Shown: positions 24,785-32,000 of the stretch, in pieces
Layout of the letters: every line of letters begins with the position of its first letter
Numbering within the stretch: position 1 is the first letter of the stretch
Assembly (NCBI RefSeq): GCF_000875775.1
Contig: NZ_CP010868.1
Location: 1,157,707 to 1,189,706, forward strand
DNA length: 32,000 nucleotides
Origin: Nitrosopumilus piranensis
GTDB lineage: Archaea > Thermoproteota > Nitrososphaeria > Nitrososphaerales > Nitrosopumilaceae
Direction of reading: 5' to 3'
Notes under the pieces: generated by a model
The model's input: the letters and a program-made list of their open reading frames with translations, nothing else
Told to the model about the DNA's origin: nothing
The model's database searches: none
Made by a program: the position numbers and the translations under genes

Positions 24785-26866
24785 ATGATTACAATACCTT
24801 TTAGTATTCCTTGTACACAGAATGTCTGTTTGAGATTAATAAAATTTAGAATATTTCGTTATCGTTCAATAGAGGATTCAGGAGAAATACCTGTAGATGA
24901 GAAAATTACTACCTTTGTAGGAATTAATGAAAGTGGAAAAACTAATGCTTTACGTGCATTAAGAAAATTAAACAATAAAGCTGATACAAAATTCAATAGG
25001 TTGACCGAACAACCTGTCTGGCATTTTAGAAATTTTGATGAAAATGAAATTTTTATTACTGCCACATTTTCTATAGAGAAGGCAGAAAGAGACGAAATAA
25101 AAGAAATAGATGAAAATTATGGGAATTTGCAAGAAATTTCTTTTAGTAGAAAAAAGAATATGGATTTAATTTGTCATTTTGAAGAAAATGACCAACTTGC
25201 AATTCCTTATTCAAAATTCAATGTTGAATATATTCAACCAATCAAATCCATAATTGAAGGGATTAATGTAACTACATTTGAAAATGGTGAAGCATTAGTC
25301 AACAATGTTTTAAGTTCTATTGAGCAAATAGGCGAGGGATTAGAAGATGATCTAAACGTTAGAAAACAATCAATTTTAGATCAGATAAAAACAAAAATTG
25401 ACGCGGTTACACCTCATTTAGATGCAATTTCTCCTCATCACGATAATTCTGAAATAGAAACAATTCTAAAAAAAATTGAAGATGATGTAAAACCTGACAA
25501 TGGGGAGGAAGTAAAAAATTTCTTAATAAGTAAACTGCCACGATTCATTTATTTCGAAAATATAGGTGTACTAGACAGCCGCATCAATCTTCAAACGTTG
25601 GTTGACGATATTAAAACAGGTGACTTAACAGAACAAGAACTTACTGCAAAAACATTGTTAGATTTAGCTAATTTAGATGCAATTGAACTGTTAAAGTTAA
25701 GTTCCGAAGAAAAGAAAAGTCAGCCCAGAATAATTCAGGACAAGGATACTTTATCTCAATTATGCAATCAAGCATCATTAAGTCTTAGCAGAGAGATGGA
25801 TGACATATGGAATCAAAATGAACATGATGTGCAAATCGAAGTTAATGGGAATTTTTTGAGATTATGGGTAACTAATAGGCAAGACAGATTAAGATTACAA
25901 TTAGAAGAAAGAAGTAGAGGTTATCAATGGTATTTTTCGTTTTATGTTGTATTTAATGTGGAGTCTGAAGGAAGGCATAAAGATTCAATATTATTATTAG
26001 ATGAACCTGCATTGTTTCTTCATGCTTTGGGCCAAGAAGATTTCTTAACAAAGGCATTACCGCAGCTATCCCAAAAAAATCAAATCATCTATACTACTCA
26101 TTCCCCATTTTTACTCGACTTAACTAAACCATTTTCAATACACACGGTAACATTAGATAAAGAATCTTCAAGACGCGAATCACATATTTCAAAAGAACAT
26201 TGGGCAACAGACAGAGATGCGTTATTCCCATTACAATCTGCTGTAGGATATCATCTTGCACAATCAATGTTTATTGGAAAGAATAGTATGATTGTAGAAG
26301 GATTAACTGATTTCTGGTTACTTAGTAGTGCTTCAGCTGTTTTTGAAGCAAATGGCAAAGCAGGTTTTAACAAAAATTTTGTTTTTAGTCCTGCTGGAGG
26401 CGGCACAAAAACCATTATTTTGGCAAAAACTTACGTTTCACAAGAATTGAATGTAGGTGTTCTTTTAGATTCAGACAATGAAGGTAAAATTACAAAAGAA
26501 AAATTGGTTCGTGAACAAATTTTGAAAAGTAATAAAATTTTAACACTGGGAGACGTGCTTGAAAAACAAGGAGTTACGATGTCTTTGGAAGATATATTCC
26601 CTGAAGATTACTATCTAAAATTTGTAAAACAAGCATACAAAGATGTCATAGGAGAGAAGGAAATTAAATTAGAAAGTGATAACCCCATGATGGTAAAACG
26701 TGTTGAATCATATTTTTCAAAAAATCAATTAGGAAAATTTGACAAAACAAAACCTGCATTGGAAATTACTAAAGAATTTGGAAAAACAGATCTTGAAAAA
26801 CTTCCATCTGAATTGATTGCTAATCTTGAAAAAATATTTTCAAGTGTCAACACTATTATGAAATGA
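24785..26866 (+). CDS. OLD-family nuclease: ABC/AAA_15-type ATPase fused to a C-terminal TOPRIM domain
   Basis: 693 aa.
- **N-terminus:** LIKFRIFRYRSI followed by the Walker A-like VGINESGKTNALRAL.
- **ATPase:** ABC signature-like ERSRGYQWYFSFYVVF, Walker B ILLLDEPALFLH and His-loop YTTHSP.
- **TOPRIM:** the Glu in MIVEGLTDFWLL and the DxD in GVLLDSDNEGK.

An alternative start at TTG 24830 would give the canonical MRLIKFRI N-terminus. Confidence 0.85.
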   Translation: MITIPFSIPCTQNVCLRLIKFRIFRYRSIEDSGEIPVDEKITTFVGINESGKTNALRALRKLNNKADTKFNRLTEQPVWHFRNFDENEIFITATFSIEKAERDEIKEIDENYGNLQEISFSRKKNMDLICHFEENDQLAIPYSKFNVEYIQPIKSIIEGINVTTFENGEALVNNVLSSIEQIGEGLEDDLNVRKQSILDQIKTKIDAVTPHLDAISPHHDNSEIETILKKIEDDVKPDNGEEVKNFLISKLPRFIYFENIGVLDSRINLQTLVDDIKTGDLTEQELTAKTLLDLANLDAIELLKLSSEEKKSQPRIIQDKDTLSQLCNQASLSLSREMDDIWNQNEHDVQIEVNGNFLRLWVTNRQDRLRLQLEERSRGYQWYFSFYVVFNVESEGRHKDSILLLDEPALFLHALGQEDFLTKALPQLSQKNQIIYTTHSPFLLDLTKPFSIHTVTLDKESSRRESHISKEHWATDRDALFPLQSAVGYHLAQSMFIGKNSMIVEGLTDFWLLSSASAVFEANGKAGFNKNFVFSPAGGGTKTIILAKTYVSQELNVGVLLDSDNEGKITKEKLVREQILKSNKILTLGDVLEKQGVTMSLEDIFPEDYYLKFVKQAYKDVIGEKEIKLESDNPMMVKRVESYFSKNQLGKFDKTKPALEITKEFGKTDLEKLPSELIANLEKIFSSVNTIMK

Positions 26867-26914
26867 TAGAAATCCCTCATAATTGTATTATACAAGATTA
26901 GAGAACTTTTAGCA

Positions 26915-27406
26915 TTGAATAAAACAGAAAAAATATCGTTAATAACTGCAATTGGAACAGTTATAGTTGCTTTTGCAGTTGGAATTCAGTCATATGCATT
27001 ACTATCAGAATTTGAAAGTATCAATAGACCATGGATTGGAATTACAAAATTTGAAGAAACCCCAGAGAATAAAATAAATTACATCTATGAAAACTTTGGA
27101 AAAATTCCTAACACCGATGGAAAGATAAGAGTTGTTTGGACGGAAGACATCTATGATGATTTTATAGAAAAAATGTATGATAAACCTGCACAATTAGAGA
27201 TGGGAGTTTTGTTACCCACTCAAACATTAGAACAAACGATAAACGATCTGCCTTTAGAATTAATACAAAAATCAAAAAATGGTGATCCTTTGTATGTGGG
27301 AGTTTTAATCAAATATGATTACCTTGATAATAAAGAAGGAGAATATGGCACAATGATGGAATTTGTTAATGGGGAATTCTCTATTGTTAAAACCTGGTTA
27401 AAGTAA
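26915..27406 (+). CDS. N-terminally membrane-anchored small protein of unknown function
   Basis: 163 aa with a TTG start. A single TM helix (ISLITAIGTVIVAFAVGIQSYALL) is followed by a beta-rich domain (YENFGKIPNTDGKIRVVW). It starts 48 nt downstream of the OLD gene on the same strand. Confidence 0.55.
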   Translation: MNKTEKISLITAIGTVIVAFAVGIQSYALLSEFESINRPWIGITKFEETPENKINYIYENFGKIPNTDGKIRVVWTEDIYDDFIEKMYDKPAQLEMGVLLPTQTLEQTINDLPLELIQKSKNGDPLYVGVLIKYDYLDNKEGEYGTMMEFVNGEFSIVKTWLK

Positions 27407-27437
27407 ATCCTGACCTACAAATTCAAAAAAAATTAGA

Positions 27438-27471
27438 GGTCAAAAGTATTGCATGAATTGCAATTTTGACC
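27438..27471. terminator. Strong hairpin between convergent genes (bidirectional terminator candidate)
   Basis: GGTCAAAA (27438-27445) pairs with TTTTGACC (27464-27471). A further 5 bp pair inside (TTGCA 27449-27453 with TGCAA 27459-27463), leaving a 3-nt bulge and a 5-nt loop. It is flanked by A-runs and T-runs. Confidence 0.5.
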
Positions 27472-27488
27472 ATCAGGCAATGTATCTA

Positions 27489-27698
27489 TCATATCTTTTG
27501 GATGGGGCATTTTGGAACAAGTTGGGCTCGAATTGCTTCAAGATTATACACATCTGTATCAGTAGAATCTATGAGAAGTTTTTCAACTTTGGTAGGCTTC
27601 TTTGGGTCATAATTCCACTGCTTGAGAAGTTTTTCCATCGAAGTCTTTTTGTGGTTTATCCACCAATCCAAAATTTTTATGGCTTTTTTTACAGTCAT
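27489..27698 (-). CDS. Hypothetical small protein, downstream partner of the 219-aa gene
   Basis: 69 aa and hydrophilic (MTVKKAIKILDWWINHKKTSMEKLLKQWNYDPKKPTK...). I prefer it over the overlapping plus-strand 82-aa Phe-rich ORF. It starts 40 nt after the 219-aa gene on the same strand. Confidence 0.45.
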   Translation of the reverse strand: MTVKKAIKILDWWINHKKTSMEKLLKQWNYDPKKPTKVEKLLIDSTDTDVYNLEAIRAQLVPKCPIQKI

Positions 27699-27738
27699 TG
27701 ATTAATGATAATTTAGATTTTGTAAAACTTTGTGAAAT

Positions 27739-28398
27739 TTAATTATTGACTGTGATTCTAGCAATATTTTCAATATTTCTAATCATTAATTCTTGTTGTA
27801 TGTGTCCCCAAAATCTAGAAGGGTTTACAAATCCTTCATCATGGTCAATGTTTAAAATTAATCTTTGATTCTTATCTTTAGGAAAAATTTTTGTAATGTT
27901 TTCTCTGCTATAGATGTAAAATTCATTGGATTCTCCTTCATACACAACATGATTCAAATTGTCTCTAAGAATTACTGATTGTCCAATTCTCAAATTTCTA
28001 ATATAATCATTTAACGCAGATAATCTGTTTCGCGGTATCAAAATTGTATCTGGTCTTTCAATTTCATTTACACTCGTAAATGCTTGCTCTAATGTATCAT
28101 ACAAATTTGCTTGGTTAGATTCAGATGTTAGTTCTAATTCCAGACTACGAAAATGGTTTATGAAATGTGCCATCTCTATTTGTTGTAATCTATTAAACAC
28201 CCGCTCATCTAATTTATCAACTGATACTGAATCAGGTCTAATCAATGTAGAAGGAACTGAAATATCAAAAGCATGTGGAGTATAATGTTGATTTTCATTT
28301 GTGACAAAAACAGGTAATGCAAATCGAATATTTTGCGTCCAAGTAATGAATCGTTGTCTTATTGCATCTTCTAATTGTGATATTATGTCTTCACTCAT
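27739..28398 (-). CDS. Hypothetical 219-aa protein with no recognisable domain
   Basis: A long ORF with balanced composition and no ATPase, nuclease or HTH motif that I can see. It is divergent from the NYN gene across 63 bp. Confidence 0.6.
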   Translation of the reverse strand: MSEDIISQLEDAIRQRFITWTQNIRFALPVFVTNENQHYTPHAFDISVPSTLIRPDSVSVDKLDERVFNRLQQIEMAHFINHFRSLELELTSESNQANLYDTLEQAFTSVNEIERPDTILIPRNRLSALNDYIRNLRIGQSVILRDNLNHVVYEGESNEFYIYSRENITKIFPKDKNQRLILNIDHDEGFVNPSRFWGHIQQELMIRNIENIARITVNN

Positions 28399-28461
28399 GA
28401 TTTTACTAACGTATTCTGATAAAAACTCATTAAAATATGAGCTACATAATAATTCTGTATT

Positions 28462-29139
28462 ATGGGCAGTTTTAGTAGTGGACCTGGATTTGCAGGTGCT
28501 AATAACATGATGATCTTTATTGATGGGGGGTATCTAAGAAAAAATGTCAAAAATTTAGTTGACAATGATGATATTAATTATCAAATTCTTGCACATTATT
28601 TACGAGATAATGGCAGATTAGATACAAGATTTGCAGCACATGTAATTAGAAATTATTACTATGATGGTATTGCCAATGTAAAAGATGCTGAATCAAATTA
28701 TGATGGCAGTGACAAAGGATTAGAACTATTAGATGTGTCATCAGAAATGATTCAAGAAAAAGAAGAAAAACAAGAAAGATATGTTACGCCAATTAAAAAC
28801 TTAGAACTTTTTGAAGTACGGTTAGGACGTCATGTATTATCTACTGTAGGCGGTGTTGAAAATAGAAAGAATTGGTCATGGAGACAAAAGGGTGTAGATG
28901 GTCTGATTGCAATCGACATGATAACTAAAGCATATGAAGGGCAATACAACACTCCAATTTTACTAGCAGGAGATGCAGATTTTATAGAAATTGTGAATTC
29001 TGTGAAAAATTTAGGCACAAATGTTGTAGGGGCATTTTTCCCAGGCCATGTCTCTCAAGAGTTAGAATATTCACTTGATAAAAAAATTGAATTAGTAAAA
29101 GGTGAATTATTAAACCAAAAAATTATTCATGAAAACTAA
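28462..29139 (+). CDS. NYN-domain (LabA/DUF88, PIN-like) putative ribonuclease
   Basis: 225 aa. MMIFIDGGYL carries the first acidic residue, QKGVDGLIAIDMITKA the second and ILLAGDADFIEIVNSVKNLGTNVVG the third. This is the NYN acidic triad layout. The start may be ATG 28507 rather than 28462. Confidence 0.8.
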   Translation: MGSFSSGPGFAGANNMMIFIDGGYLRKNVKNLVDNDDINYQILAHYLRDNGRLDTRFAAHVIRNYYYDGIANVKDAESNYDGSDKGLELLDVSSEMIQEKEEKQERYVTPIKNLELFEVRLGRHVLSTVGGVENRKNWSWRQKGVDGLIAIDMITKAYEGQYNTPILLAGDADFIEIVNSVKNLGTNVVGAFFPGHVSQELEYSLDKKIELVKGELLNQKIIHEN

Positions 29140-29143
29140 AATT

Positions 29144-29920
29144 TTAGAAATATTTTTTCAATGCAATCCATCCCTTTGCTAGGAGTGGTTCGTATTTTTT
29201 AGAATTTTCAAAATGAGCCTGTAGATCTTGAAATGATTTCCTATTCTCAATGTCATTACTATGATCTTCTAACTCAATAATCTGATTTTTTTCAACATCA
29301 GGAACAACTCCTTTGATTCCCGCAGATTTTGAAGGGTTCTCATGTAAATCTTTGAGAAAAATGATTCGTCCAAGCAAGTTTTCTGCTAAATGAATTATTG
29401 TGTAATTCATGGCATATTGATCATCTTTAGGAAATACTCTAAATGATTTCCATTTTTTCTCAGTATCATCCCAATCACTGTAAAAACAAAGTTTCTTTAT
29501 CTTGTTGAATTTTTTTAAAATTTCAAGCAAGTCTTTACGTTTTGAAATAGCCTCTTCTTTTGATTTTTCAGCTATTTTTTGAACAGTTTCTTGCTGAAAA
29601 TCAAGATAAATTTTCATTTCAGCATCAGACATCTCATCAATCATTTTCATGTTTTCTTTTTCTAGTTGGCTTAGCTTAAAGTCATGATCAAGGAGGGATT
29701 TCCAATCTTTTTTAGTGACACCATTATCTTCTTGCAGTTTTCTTAGTAACCAATTAGCTTTGGCAGACTCTTCATATGATAAAATGGCAAGTGCAGTAGA
29801 TTCAGCATGCTTTTTTTGATTGAATAATTCTTCTGATGTAATAAGTAACGAATTTGCATGGCCTATTGCAAAATTCATTCCTTTTATGATCTTATCCGAT
29901 GTAATCAAAAAATCAGTCAT
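29144..29920 (-). CDS. AbiV-like (HEPN-related) abortive-infection family protein
   Basis: 258 aa and helical. The N-terminal AIGHANSLLITSEELFNQKKHAESTALAILSYEESAKANWL resembles the AbiV N-terminal block (A..L..dA..L....y..A..La.la.EE..K). KKLCFYSDWDD resembles the later conserved (N/K)..LYVD block. The family call is from memory only. Confidence 0.45.
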   Translation of the reverse strand: MTDFLITSDKIIKGMNFAIGHANSLLITSEELFNQKKHAESTALAILSYEESAKANWLLRKLQEDNGVTKKDWKSLLDHDFKLSQLEKENMKMIDEMSDAEMKIYLDFQQETVQKIAEKSKEEAISKRKDLLEILKKFNKIKKLCFYSDWDDTEKKWKSFRVFPKDDQYAMNYTIIHLAENLLGRIIFLKDLHENPSKSAGIKGVVPDVEKNQIIELEDHSNDIENRKSFQDLQAHFENSKKYEPLLAKGWIALKKYF

Positions 29921-29980
29921 AACCTTGACTATGATTTCATTAATCTAAAACTTTACGACAACTGTCATAATTTTATTCGT

Positions 29981-30001
29981 AAAAGGGGGGCTTTGCCTTT
30001 T
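29981..30001 (-). terminator. Hairpin plus T-run at the aEF-2 stop codon
   Basis: AAAAGG (29981-29986) pairs with CCTTTT (29996-30001), with an inner GGC/GCC pair. Read on the minus strand it directly follows the TAA of aEF-2 and ends in a T-run. Confidence 0.35.
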
Positions 30002-32000
30002 TACTCTTTGTCGATAAATTCTTCTGCTCTTGGAGGGTCTGGAGCAAGTCCCTTTCTCTTTCGAATGTCAGCAACAGCTGCTGTAAGCATGGATTTAGGA
30101 ACTTCGGTCCATGCCTTAAAGGAAGTATTCCATGTTGCACGTCCTGCAGTTTGACCTCTCATCTCTTCAGATAATGTAAATGTCTCAGAAGCTGGTATCT
30201 CACCTGTAACAATACTTGATGCACCTTTTTGTGCCATATCTAGAACTTTGCCACGTTTTCCAGAAAGAACTGTTGCAACATTTCCAACTAGATCAGTTGG
30301 TACACGAACTTCAATTGCCAAAGTTGGTTCCAAGACAGCAGTTCCTGCAGTTAGCAATGCACCCATACATGCTCTACGAGATGCAGGTCCTAATTGAGAT
30401 AGACCTCTGTGTGCAGTATCCTCGTGAGGAACAAAGTGAGTAAATATGAATTTACAGTCCCTCATCTGCTCTTTACAGAGAGGCCCCTCTTTCATTACTT
30501 CATCAAATCCAGAGTTTATAGAATCAGTTGATTCCTGTACAAATTGAACACCTTTTGTTCCGTTAATCAAAACATTACCACGAGAATCAAATCGCATAAC
30601 TCTCTTTATTGTATCAGTATCCCATCCGGCGCCCTTTAGCAAATCTGAAACAATCTTCTTGTCTTTCATATCACTGATTTCACCGGTTCTTAGCATGTTT
30701 GCAATTTCAGGCTCTAGTGGTTCAACTTTCATGAATATTTTGTTGTGCCTGTTTGGAGATTTTGCCATGATTGGTTCACATGCAGATTTTACAGTTTCTC
30801 GATAGTTAATCAAAGGCTCAGATGTAACAATCTCTACTTTAGCATCCTGAATACGGTGAGTAGCAACATCAAGGTGCAAGACACCCATTCCTGCAACAAT
30901 TGTCTCTCCGCTTTCTTCATCAATTTTTACAATCAAGTTAGGATCTTCAATGGTTAGTTGTTTGAGAACTTCGACTAGTTTAGGTAAATCTTTAGGATGT
31001 TTTGGTTCAATTGCAACTTGGACAACAGGTTCTGAAACATATTTGACTCCTTCAAACATTGGAATGTCTTTAACAGATGATAATGTGTTACCTGCTCTAG
31101 CTTCAGTTAATCCTAATAATGCAGGAATGTTTCCAGCACCAAGTTCTCCTACTTGTTCTCTTTGGTTTCCCATAAAGAAATTTACAGATTGAACTCTTCC
31201 TTCACGTTTTGCATCAATGATGTTGATTGTTTGTCCATCTTTGATTGTTCCAGAGAATAATCTTCCAATAGCAACAGGCCCTGCTGCAGGATCCAATACC
31301 ATGTTTACAATCATCATAATTGTGGGACCAGTATCATCACATGCAAGTAATGCCTTTCCAACATCAGATTCTAAATCACCTTTCCAAATTTGAGGAATTC
31401 TGTATGTGACTGCCTCATGAGGGGCAGGATGATGTTTTACAACCATACCAAGAACTGCATCAGCTAGTGGTGCTTTCTCAACTAGATCGTCGACTTTTTC
31501 ATTTTCATAAGCGTCAATAACATCTTTGAATGTAATACCTCTTTCTTTCATTAAATCAATGTTGATTGCCCATCTATCTTTTGCAGAGCCAAAGGTCACA
31601 CTTGCATCTTGAATTGATACCTTCCATTTTTCTTTGTATTCAGGTTCTGCATATGTATCGATTAATTGATTAAAGTTTGAAACTACTTCTGCTAATTGAG
31701 CCTGCATTTTTTCAGGAGTTAATCGCAGTTCTTTGATTAGTCTATCTACTTTGTTGATAAATAAAACAGGCTTTACTCTCTCTTCAAGTGCCATTCTAGT
31801 AACAGTTTCAGTCTGAGTCATGATTCCTTCTACTGCATCACACACTACAACTGCACCATCAATTGCCCTAAGACTACGAATTACCCTTCCACTAAAATCT
31901 ACGTGTCCAGGTGTATCAATCATGTTAATGACATATTCAGTACCTTTTTGGGAAAAGAGCAAAGTAACATTTGCTTGATAAATTGTAATTCCTCTTTGTT
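30001..32000 (-). CDS. fusA: Translation elongation factor aEF-2, C-terminal ~665 codons; the N-terminus lies beyond the right edge
   Basis: The track's M at 31962 is an internal TTG. The frame stays open to 32000 (..QRGITIYQANVTLLFSQKGTEYVINMIDTPGHVDFSG). It contains the G3 motif DTPGH, NKVDR and the diphthamide loop HEDTAHRG. Confidence 0.95.
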   Translation of the reverse strand, partial: QRGITIYQANVTLLFSQKGTEYVINMIDTPGHVDFSGRVIRSLRAIDGAVVVCDAVEGIMTQTETVTRMALEERVKPVLFINKVDRLIKELRLTPEKMQAQLAEVVSNFNQLIDTYAEPEYKEKWKVSIQDASVTFGSAKDRWAINIDLMKERGITFKDVIDAYENEKVDDLVEKAPLADAVLGMVVKHHPAPHEAVTYRIPQIWKGDLESDVGKALLACDDTGPTIMMIVNMVLDPAAGPVAIGRLFSGTIKDGQTINIIDAKREGRVQSVNFFMGNQREQVGELGAGNIPALLGLTEARAGNTLSSVKDIPMFEGVKYVSEPVVQVAIEPKHPKDLPKLVEVLKQLTIEDPNLIVKIDEESGETIVAGMGVLHLDVATHRIQDAKVEIVTSEPLINYRETVKSACEPIMAKSPNRHNKIFMKVEPLEPEIANMLRTGEISDMKDKKIVSDLLKGAGWDTDTIKRVMRFDSRGNVLINGTKGVQFVQESTDSINSGFDEVMKEGPLCKEQMRDCKFIFTHFVPHEDTAHRGLSQLGPASRRACMGALLTAGTAVLEPTLAIEVRVPTDLVGNVATVLSGKRGKVLDMAQKGASSIVTGEIPASETFTLSEEMRGQTAGRATWNTSFKAWTEVPKSMLTAAVADIRKRKGLAPDPPRAEEFIDKE

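Noticed and set aside
27453-27701. 82-aa plus-strand ORF.
   Set aside because: Its composition is Phe/Tyr/Cys-rich, and its 5' end (27453-27471) lies within the terminator hairpin. The minus-strand 69-aa ORF fits as the downstream gene of the 219-aa transcription unit.
29921-30025. A target-site duplication of the aEF-2 3' end, or terminal inverted repeats bounding the island.
   Set aside because: I could not find a second copy of the aEF-2 terminal sequence (TTACTCTTTGTCGATAAATTC) or matching inverted termini in the 19-24 kb spacers by eye. The mobile-element hypothesis therefore rests on context only and needs a computed repeat search.
29858-30154. 98-aa plus-strand ORF bridging the AbiV-like start, the spacer and the aEF-2 3' end.
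   Set aside because: It crosses an intergenic hairpin and is antisense to two better-supported genes.
1-32000. CRISPR arrays or other tandem or interspersed repeat arrays.
   Set aside because: Reading by eye, I saw no regularly spaced direct repeats of 24-40 bp anywhere. The K/E-rich repeats at 19.9-20.8 kb are coding low-complexity sequence of the coiled-coil gene.

Overview
This is an AT-rich archaeal chromosome segment, most consistent with a marine ammonia-oxidising thaumarchaeon (Nitrosopumilus-like). That assignment is an inference from the archaeal-type purP and aEF-2, the very low GC and the gene content.

- **1-10.6 kb:** a minus-strand purine-biosynthesis cluster (purC partial, a membrane-anchored protein, DUF427, purF, purL, purQ, then purS with an interposed CBS gene), followed by tatC-tatA, an SRPBCC protein, ubiX and purP.
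- **10.66-10.76 kb:** a GC-rich ~97-nt island that folds into a three-way junction, a candidate ncRNA.
- **11-15.9 kb:** small hypothetical genes, a DUF151-type nuclease-like protein, a CBS-TrkH fusion transporter and a Cys-motif membrane protein.
- **15.9-19.2 kb:** a small-gene accessory islet. It holds a wHTH protein, an orphan PIN-like DUF5615 protein, a DegT-family aminotransferase C-terminal remnant, a DUF1059 protein and members of a ~70-aa helical protein family.
- **19.2-21.3 kb:** an O-methyltransferase whose N-terminus is split at a T7 homopolymer, and a 484-aa coiled-coil protein.
- **~22.1-30.0 kb:** an accessory/defence island abutting the 3' end of aEF-2. It contains a wHTH-led operon, a family-B DNA-polymerase-like remnant, a polytopic membrane protein, an OLD-family ATPase-TOPRIM nuclease, a membrane-anchored small protein, an unknown 219-aa + 69-aa pair divergent from a NYN nuclease-like gene, and an AbiV-like gene.
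- **30.0-32.0 kb:** aEF-2, running off the right edge.

I recognised no rRNA, tRNA or CRISPR array. All protein calls rest on motif recognition by eye in the supplied translations; no database search was possible. The best candidates for an undescribed system are the helicase-less OLD cassette (23.5-27.4 kb) and the divergent unknown/NYN module (27.5-29.1 kb), both inside what looks like a decayed mobile-element integration site next to aEF-2.
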